A stretch of 61,901 nucleotides of DNA, the filler included, from Basidiobolus ranarum (lineage: Eukaryota): the NCBI GenBank assembly GCA_040143965.1. It is 6 parts of 6 records of this genome, joined end to end, with 100 filler letters (N's around TTAATTAATTAA, not from the genome) between each part and the next. Parts side by side here need not be neighbours in the genome. Positions count along the whole stretch, not along the records: positions 51,707 to 61,901 come from JASJQH010000729.1; 5 more parts are not named here. The stretch is one strand, 5' to 3'. Every line of letters begins with the position of its first letter. Positions within the stretch are counted from its first letter, which is position 1. A program made the position numbers and the translations under genes. Of the stretch, positions 52,946 through 61,901 are shown in pieces. The notes under the pieces are model-generated. The model had not been told where the DNA came from, made no database searches, and saw only the letters and a list, made by a program, of their open reading frames with translations.

Positions 52946-54460
52946 GATACGATTCCTTTGGAGTTAAATGCTGGAGCTCAGCATCCGGAAGGTCTTACTG
53001 AAGTAGAGTCGGTTACTAATGAAGAAGATAATACTGCTGATGTTGTTGTCGCAGGCGTTGCTACTATTAACTTTGCTGATACTGATCCCGCTACTGCTCT
53101 TTCCCAAGCTAAGCGTAATTTGAAACTATCTGTTGATCGCGTTCGTGTTGTCCTTCAAGATAAACATTCTTTTTCAAAACTTAATATGGACGAGAAGCAA
53201 AGATTGGATGCCTTGAATCAAAAAAAATCAAACTCTCTTCCTCCTCAGTTATCGCTGTAGGAGTACAGGTAAGATTTTAAAAAATATGTTGATCGTTTAG
53301 AAATCATCATGTCCACAAAAAAACTAAGACGTCTAGTTTTACTGTTGACCTTCGTCTGAAGGCTTTTCTATGATTTTCTAATTACTTTTTGCAATCGTCT
53401 AATTTTAGGTTAAAGCCCTGTAGTCATATTAATGGCATGTGGAGCTGACAAATACTATCTAAACAGAATCTTAGGAGCTAGTTACCATTGTTACAAATCA
53501 ACATATATACTAAGCAGCTGTAGAGTCTAAGCCAATGATCATCCAGTTTTATCCATAGACTAACAACGATTGTTAATGGAAATAGAAAGCGACGGGATTA
53601 GGCAGAATTGAACATTCCATAAAACAATTCCCACTTTCTTATTAAGAGCTAAATGGAATTTTGATTGGACTGGTTTGATGTGAGAACTTAAGGTAAAATG
53701 GCAGTCACGACTGATTCTGAAAATATGCTGAAAGTTGCCATTTACTGCATATACATTCAGACTTAAACACAAAATATGATTCATTCGTTCCTTACGCTTC
53801 ATAATTCAATCCTTATTGCGTAGCTCATTACTGTGTGATTGCCAGGATTTACCAATGTTCCACTACAGCAAGCACATTAAAGCTGAACCACATCAACTCC
53901 ACAATAAAATTCTGACCGTCTGGTATTTTAGTTGGCTTTCTCCCTTTGATATCCGTGTTAGACCGAATCAAGATGTCATTCAGGTTATTGGTTCCACACC
54001 ACTTAGAGAAACCATCGATATCTTGGAAATAAATCCATGATTTTCTTGAAATCCCACTCATTTATTAACGAAAATTTGAGAGTTGATTTAAAAATATAGC
54101 GGATCGGATAAAATTAATTCAAAAGTCACACTACGAAGATTTAAAAAAACCAACGAATTAAAACGTCCCATTTACAAGAATAATCAATACAAAGACAACT
54201 AAGAACCTGTTAATGCTCCAAAGTCAATAACCTTAGTGCACATGTAAAACTACGAAAATCGGCTATTCACACTAGAGAATCTCAGTGCGAGAAGATGAAT
54301 ATTAAAAGAAAAGTAAATAGTGATGAAAGTAGAAAGAAAAAAAAATAGAACACCAAGCTACAAGTGCAGCTATTGTTTTCCCGAAAAGAATTTCTAGAAA
54401 TCAATGCTTCCTCTATGCCCAGGAAGCTCTTTCCACATACACTTTTCAACAGTTTATAGC

Positions 54461-54667
54461 TCAGTTTGATGTTCTTTGATAAGGCGGAGGTAACAAGAGT
54501 GACTCATATGTAGGAAGTCGGGTGGGTTCATATACCGGTAACGGGTCCTCTTGACAAACTGTAATTACCGGAGCAGCAGCAACAGAGGGATTTTGATACC
54601 TTCGCATTAAACGCTCAAAAGGATTACTTTGATGGGGAGTAGGTCGCTGAACATTTTCGTGTGGCAT
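54461..54667 (-). CDS. Possible 68-aa PY-motif microprotein
   Basis: ATG-initiated ORF ending LPVY...LPTY...PPPY; starts only ~46 bp after the upstream gene's stop. Confidence 0.35.
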   Translation of the reverse strand: MPHENVQRPTPHQSNPFERLMRRYQNPSVAAAPVITVCQEDPLPVYEPTRLPTYESLLLPPPYQRTSN

Positions 54668-54713
54668 ATGCTACTATGGTCACTACTATTCAAGCGTTGC
54701 ATTTTTCAGGTTT

Positions 54714-57700
54714 TTAATGCGAAATGTTGTGCCCTGTAAATACGTCAGCATCGATATCATTGCAGCCTCCTCTAGATTCTTTGATGTTCATTTTTACCGA
54801 TATCGGGTCTGTGATTTGATTTGATTTACTATCGTTTGAATTAGTGCTCCTTTTTTCTTCTAATGTAGTAGATGAAGAAAGCGGTGTAGAGACGTCAATA
54901 GCCACTTCGCTCATACTCAAATTAATTGAATTTTCATACGAACGACCCAGGTTAAGTGAACTTATATTTTGGTCTTCATACTGTCCGGAATCTTTGTTTT
55001 CCACTTCATAGAGTGTTTCTTGCGTCGTGTCTGAGCTCTTAATACCAAGGATATCTTTACAAGTAGTGCTTAAAATATCCTCATCTTCCAAAGTAGTTAG
55101 GAGTTCGTTAGATATCTCACCCCGAAGACATTCAGCATACGTCTGATACTTGATTAATTCATGTAGGATATACTGCGATTTTCTTTCCCAATTCGAAAAC
55201 GCTTTGGTCATATTACTCGAACCAGGAGAAAACTGAGGAATAAAATGGTGAATACGAGTAATCTTGCGTTTTTACAGTTACAAAATTGACTTACTCGTAT
55301 TTGTAAAACAGAGTGCAAACTCATGTGTCTCTCTAGTTCATATTCTAATTCAGCCACGTGTCTTACTAATGAGTGGTATTGTTGTATCTTTTGTTTGTTT
55401 GGGAGTGGAGAAAGCCTGTTAGTACGTTCCATCTCAATATATAAATGCAAAAGAAAAGTAATGGCTTACCCTATGTAAGCCAGATGGTACCATAGGATTA
55501 GAGGGCTCTACCCATTCGTGTAGTCCTAGATGGTCCTCAAACTTCGAACCAACTAAGACTGGTTCTTTCACGGAATCAGTGTCGTCGGCCATTTTTGCCC
55601 AAGAAGAACGAACAGAGCCCCAACCGTAATCTAAGTTTGATACTGCACCAGGTAAAGGTTGTTTGCTTTCTTTGGCAGCCCAATAGTTACATATTTTGAT
55701 CCAATCTTGTACCTCTTCACTGCTTCGCACTTGAAATAAGTAGACGCCTCCGTGGCTTAATTGTAAAGCAAATACGTATGGACGAAAAGGAGAATGCCCT
55801 GGGGCCGGAAGACCCGAAGTTAAAGTGTGACGCAGAGACAGTCTACCTAATTGACTATTACTGTCATCCAACACCTCGGGGCCTAATTTCCCACCTTTTT
55901 CGGATTTATACATTCGGAATTCTCCCTTATCAATAACCACAAAACAATCTCTCCATTGTCTGCATGAAGCCTTCTTGCCGGCTCTTTCGAACAAGTGCTT
56001 ACGAACTACGTGACCTAACTTGGTATATTTCACATTCTCTTCATCGACTGTGGATAAAGTTACGCCATGACGCGTTGGCATATCGTCATTATCTTCCAAG
56101 CAGCTTCCCTCCAAATCACTATAGATGGTAGAGCGACTCAGTTGAGTTGAACTTCGACGGGATGTCTCTTCATTCATCTTATTGATATCAATAAGCTGTT
56201 TAGTCATGAATGTATAGAATGGAGGAGATACTACTTAAGATGCTTACACTTAAAGGATCAGAGCATAACGAGTCGCCCCGTTTCCTAGCTCTATTCAATT
56301 TGTTGCTTGAACTAGACCTATAAAATTTAAACCCGCCAAATGAGGAAGTAGCCACGCTAGGTGAGTTCACTTTTGAAGTTGGTTGGGGAATACGCGAATG
56401 CTTCACTGAGGAATATATTTCCTAAGACGTAACCACGCTTTAATTCTATACTGGGCATATCAGAAACAAAAGGGACAATATAAAGATCCTGGGAGCCCTA
56501 TGATAGTAAATCATGTCGAACTAGAAAATTATTTACCTTTAGTATCTCCGTCAACGATTCTTCTCCGAAGCTTGTCTTACTGGACAACGAGTATACACTA
56601 GCTTGCTCCATATCACTATACTCGTGAAAGGAATTCAACGAACTCAACTCGGACGTGTTTTCATTCTCTTCCGTTGCTCGACTACGTCGAATCGTTAAGC
56701 TAGCTTTTATCGTCGCCAGTGTGTTTTTAACAAACTCATTTTTACTGATTTTATGATGGTTTTGTGCCACATGTAAATCCGTATTCAACAATAACACAGA
56801 GTAAACGATGGTGTAAAGAATGTCTAAAAATGGATTTAGGGTAAGGAATACTGCGATATTTTACTCTCCAAAGACTTACCTCGATCAGGGATACTGCGAT
56901 CTCGATTACATACCCAATACCGCTCAGCGAAGGCGTACAAAATTCGATCGATTATTTGAGATTCCCCATGAAGTAGCAAATGGGAACAAAAAAATCTATT
57001 GAGATAGAAATAATTCAATATACAACTTTCGCTAAATGTTATCATTGTGTGAAGTAACTTCAATTACCTAAATGCCTGCTCTAATTTCATCCCTGTAAAG
57101 TTAAAATGTTCCATGTATTTACGCAAAACTATTCGATTCCATTTACCACTGAAGAGTGCGGAAAGAGTGTGAGAGGTACCACTTTTGTGAAAATGAAAGA
57201 GTAATAACTTACCGTTTTCCCAAAATTTCAGCTACTTCGCTTATCTTAAGTTCTTCAGTTTGTGAAAATAGTTGCTTAGCTAACTTGTCAGCATCATCTT
57301 ATTCGGTTTCTTCTCCATCGACGCTTTCGATTTCGGAGTCTACAAACGGTAATGGTTTTTCGAAATCCATGGGACTCATTACCATAGCTGACACTGGTTT
57401 TGAGGAAACAGATTTGCAATTTTTTTGAAATGGGGAGAACTGAAACCTAAATAGACTACTAGGTCTTCTTTCTTTTCGTCCATCAGGGCTCGGCGGTAGA
57501 TCCTCGCTATGAAAGAAAGAGGGTGGAGTGGGTATACTACTTGTAGAACATTCTAAGGAGGATTCCTCCACAGATCCAGCTGTAATAATGGAGCTCTTAT
57601 ACTCTTGCGTAGTATAACGTTGCTGGTAAGATATCCGTAGTGTCTGAAAGCCGACTATAATCTGAGAGCGCGCTCTAGTATCCGAGGATAGTCTAGCGCT

Positions 57701-57854
57701 CGTTTCTCGTTGATCAAAAGAGTGACAATGTGAGAGCTCCTTGTAGATAGGATCTAGGGTATCTTCAATACACTCTAAGCCAATATACGTAGATGAGTAT
57801 TTATCAATCGAAGAGATTGGCTATGTCGTACTTACTTGTATTTTGCGAATTCAT
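54714..57854 (-). CDS. Sec7 + PH domain Arf-GEF (Syt1/Yel1/EFA6-like), multi-exon, with an in-frame TAA at 57299-57301 (possible pseudogene, null allele or sequencing error)
   Basis: LAKQLF...EVAEILGK, YMEHFNFTGMKLEQAFR, LHGESQIIDRIL...FAERY, LLLNTDLH; PH domain VRKHLFERAGKKASCRQWRDCFVV...RPYVFALQL...W...CNYWAAKESK; probable ATG at 57854 followed by a GTAAGT intron. Confidence 0.85.
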
Positions 57855-60800
57855 GATTCTCGAAACGTACGGACCGACAATGGAAGGAGTTGAGACAGAT
57901 TGTATCTTTTTCAAGATATTACTGAAAGAATCAGAGGAGCCTGTTGTCTTCCACTCCGACTAAAATAAAAGACTACTAAGTTTAGGAATGTTTGCTTTCC
58001 TGTAGCAGATAGAAAAGCTCGATCCTAAAGTAATGAATTTCAGGATGGGATGCACTTGTCAGTTTAAAGCGGCGATGAACAGAATCTAGAGATGATTGTT
58101 TTGAAACGAGTTTGGGAAAAATGAACACTGTAGCCAAATAGTTCAAGGGGAAGATAGTAGTAGGAAAAGGCGATCAAGACAGAAGAAGAACGAAACACTT
58201 TAATAAGGTTGGCGATAGACAGGATTCACGAACCTATCAGCAATTGGATATTACTGTTGAATTCGGTCAATGAGTAAATTCTTCGATTGTAACAGCCTTG
58301 TGTGAGAAAACAATCAATTTTGGGACCTTGAAGAACAATTATCGTTTAGTTTTTTCATTTCCATCATGAGATATGTTTAGGATTACCCTAAACCTTTGAC
58401 TAGAACAAACCACGTAGGGCCGCTTTCGATGGCAAATCGAAGAGAAATGTTTCAAATAAATCAAACAAAACGCTGCTGGACACAAGTAATGATAGCTTAG
58501 TAAAAGTATAAGTAGTCGTAGACACGTAGTTGTCAGTGGGAGTCACGGAAGGGGTTCGAAAGGAGTGCTGGTGTCGCGATGGAACAAACGGTATTGATCA
58601 GAGTCGGGGCTTGGGTTGATGCTTCGAAGAGATTCAAAAACTTGATGTTTCCATGCTTTCCCACATGGATATACCTTGTGTTCAATCTGATTTATACTTT
58701 TCACGGCTGCGCTTATTTCTTGATTCAGCAACAATGAGTTATATTGTGGACATTCGTCTTCCAGGGCTGAGCATAGAGATCGCCGTAATTGTTGGGCATG
58801 GCATTCAAAAGGGGAACCTCCGGTGGATCTAGTTAACATGCAGCCGAGCCACTCAATAAGGGGATAATGGGATGTGGATTGTTTCTTGTTGGAGCATTCT
58901 TTACTACAATCGATACATTCCCTATTATTCGCAACAGTACACCTTCAGACGCTGATGGAGCGCTCTTTTCGATAGGGTAGAGCAGCTGAGATCTCAGCAC
59001 AAGTCACCCCCGCATATCCGTTGAATCACCACTCTATCGGAGTGTACTTTCTGAAGATGAATAATCATCAATACAATGCTTGACTTAATGAGATCATCGG
59101 CAACTTTCAGCCTGCATGTGCGTGAGGCTCACGGATGGTTTTTGTTAGAATGGATCGTAAACAATCATCTTTCCAACATCAATGTGACAATTGGCTCGTA
59201 GATAAGGAAACTGTCTTACAAAAAGTGTTGCGACAAGTGGCCCAGGTGATTCCACTTGCTGTGTTTTTTCAAGGAGTTCAACCACTCTTGGACTTGCATG
59301 CCTCAACTTGAATTTAAACTTAATCTAAGCATTTCGTTGCAGAACCGCCTCAGGCTTTAAAGGAGAAAGCTGGAGAACCACAACCTCTCTTTAAAATACA
59401 AATGCTATCCTTAATGTAGCTGATCAATATGTCATTGGTGCCTGAGGATGAGGCGTTATCTAAGAGCATTCAATCAGTATATATGTGTTACTGTACCTGG
59501 TCTTGAGAATCAACATATATTACCCCAAGATGCTCTAGATTCTGCCATAAACTGTCTTTCGATGCGTTACTACGACTACTTGTTCAGTAGGTGCCTTACA
59601 ATCTTGTTTCCACTTCCTTACATGTATCCCCCTTTTGGACATGATTTGCATTCCCGAACTTCTGACACTCCATTGCCGGTTACCATGACGAAAATCACGC
59701 AAAACATGTCCAGTATTCATTTGATGTAGGAAGGATCGTTAAATCTATGTATATTACTGTACTGATATCATCAGCTTAATGGTGACGATAGCTGGTACAA
59801 AGTTATTCACTCACGCTATAAGACCAATATTAAACCTGTCATAGTCTCAGACTCACAACTTTTGTGTCTTTTCCAGAGTCGCTCTGCGGTTCACTGTTCT
59901 AGGTTTCACTTGAGGATTCTTATGATCCACTGGCACATCATATTGGAATATTCATGGCTACATAATACATCCTGTTGCCATCTCAAAAATCTATCCTAGC
60001 TACAATTGGTCCTCGCCCTAGGCTAAAACCGAGAGTGAGTACCCCAAGTGAGCAACAAGGAAGCCTATTTCAATTCCTTGGTCGCTACTTACGCAATGGC
60101 CTTCTATTCTTCTAAGTGACATAGGAAGGAATTTCCTTCTATTCATAAATATGCCCGAAGCAGGTAATCTACACTTTGCCATTCATTAACTTTAAGGCAT
60201 GTTTTGTCCATGTGGAGAATCGTGAGTCCGACTAAACTGATGTAACGGTTTGCCTTAGTAAAAGGGCATGTATGCTCTTAAGTATTATATGAAACCAAGC
60301 AATGGAAGCACGAGTGATGACCAGTCTTTTCATGATTATTATTTTTCATGAATGTTGGTGGACACCTAAGAGTAAGCAGTATTTAAAGATCCTCACCGTG
60401 TGGTTAAATAAATCCAGCCTAGTTTATCAAACACTATTGCAAGAAACAAACGTCACCTTGCTCTTAGGTCACGACAAACAAGTTCAACGATCTTGTCGAA
60501 AAGATCTTATTTATTACAGATTTTTGCTTTGTATTGTATAAGTATTCATGTCCAGGTCTCTCCTAAACCTAATGAAAATCATTGTCACATGTCTCATATA
60601 ACCGGATCCTGCAGTGTATGAATGTATGAACCTTAAACGGGATCATCCAACTTTCTTACTCACTTCGCCCTCCTGAAAAATCAGCCTGTGAATTCTCCAG
60701 AAGCCTTGTATTTGCGTATAATTATATCTGTACTTTGGAATGAATCAGTATTGAAAACACTTCAGCGAGAAAAACCTGATTTGATGCCATTTCTTAGCTT

Positions 60801-61448
60801 CCCACGTATGACAACTAAGAACAAGCTCATGGTGTACAGTTGAGCACTCATCTAGTAAACCACGAATGAAGAAGGATGCCTCAATACAGCATCTAGTAAT
60901 CTTTTATGATTGTTTTGTTTCCTGAGGAATAAGCCGAATACTCGTACTTGTAGAATATGAATTGTTGGAGCCTATCATTCCTCATAGACGATACCTAACC
61001 CTAGGTTCTACACTAAATCTTCTTGAGAATAAGAAAATATCCTAAATCAGATTATTGCTACCGATTTTTGCTATTTACGGTATTATTGCAAAGCTGCCAT
61101 AACTGTGCGAGCTGCGAGTTACGACTTTCTATTGCCAAGGTTGATGCTCCTCAAAAGTCGATATTCCTAAGTACTTCGGATTGATGTGACGAAAGAACGA
61201 ATGTTTCAAAGAGACAATTTATTCAATGATGCTTCCCTATGTAAAAAGAAAAAGATTGCAATGTTTATAAGGAAAGATAACAACGATACTTCCTATCTTC
61301 CCGAAGCTTACATTCAAAATTCTACCGGGATTTCAGTTCAAGATTATATACAGAGAATTTTCAAAATGGACAACTTCGAAGATTAGTTTCGTCTATAACT
61401 ATAGCGCGATAAATAACCGTAAAGAGTTAAACAAAAAGATCCATCCAA

Positions 61449-61901
61449 CTACTTCCGGACGAGGCTCTTTGCTTTCCGTTCTGCACACCTTCTAACTGAA
61501 TTGTGTCTTTTGAGCGCATCGAGCCTACCAAATGTTCTATCGCATATAGAGCATCGGTATGGTTTATACCCCAAATGAATCTTTTGATGTCGTTTCAAAT
61601 CATGGTTTCTACTAAACGATTGATGGCACACATCGCACTTAAACGGCCGGTCGGACGTATGAATCTTATAGTGGCTTCTTAGATTATAAATACAATTGAA
61701 CGTGTTATTGCAGTTGGGAAACGAACACCCGTACAACTCATCCCCAGGTGGTTGATCTTCCGACGAGCTGCCTTCAACGTTGTTTTCCTCTGGATTAGCT
61801 GGCTTGGGAAAGACAACCGCATTTGTCAAGCTACTTAAAGATTCCCGAAGATTTTTGCTCAATTGAGAATATCCACTGGGTAGTGGGGTTTTGTGTTTTA
61901 T
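61449..61901 (-). CDS. C2H2 zinc-finger transcription factor (three fingers), 5' end beyond the window
   Basis: CSFPNC...HYKIHTSDRPFKCDVC...HQKIHLGYKPYRCSIC...H; frame stays open to the window edge. Confidence 0.9.
   Translation of the reverse strand: MKHKTPLPSGYSQLSKNLRESLSSLTNAVVFPKPANPEENNVEGSSSEDQPPGDELYGCSFPNCNNTFNCIYNLRSHYKIHTSDRPFKCDVCHQSFSRNHDLKRHQKIHLGYKPYRCSICDRTFGRLDALKRHNSVRRCAERKAKSLVRK

Noticed and set aside
52946-54400. Fanzor omegaRNA or transposon right end downstream of the relic
   Set aside because: The gene is truncated before RuvC-II/III, so the native 3' end is absent; I saw no convincing hairpin set or terminal repeat.
56196-56247. Apparent frameshift between ORFs 56200-56406 and 55434-56207
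   Set aside because: Resolved by a 52-nt intron (GTAAGC...GACTAAACAG) that restores the frame.

Overview
Eukaryotic DNA from an intron-rich, early-diverging fungus. A Basidiobolus-like zygomycete is plausible, but this is inference only. The window is not one locus: it is six contigs of decreasing length (10265, 10257, 10245, 10229, 10210, 10195 bp) joined by an artificial 100-bp linker (N44-TTAATTAATTAA-N44), so no gene neighbourhood can be read across a linker. Contig 1 holds a bHLH-ZIP transcription factor among decayed CACTA-like and copia relics. Contig 2 holds a DIM-2/DNMT1-type methyltransferase (RFTS plus two BAH domains, cut by the contig end) head-to-head with an NIS (IucA/IucC) siderophore synthetase, with four perfect ATCWGATAA boxes between them, then a secreted PI-PLC-like phosphodiesterase and the 5' part of CTP synthase. 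Contig 3 is a nest of Ty1/copia elements, one full-length with 378-bp LTRs and a TGGAT target-site duplication. Contig 4 holds Sec7, an MTA9/AMT6-7-like MT-A70 protein, an intronless bacterial-looking GNAT, Tma46 and actin. Contig 5 holds an alpha-arrestin and TE relics. Contig 6 holds a decayed, 3'-truncated Fanzor1-like nuclease gene, a Sec7+PH Arf-GEF with an in-frame stop, and a C2H2 zinc-finger gene. Most notable: the Fanzor relic, the iron-GATA box cluster in the DNMT/siderophore divergent promoter, the GNAT horizontal-transfer candidate, and repeat-restricted CpG erosion. All protein family calls come from manual motif recognition, not database searches.
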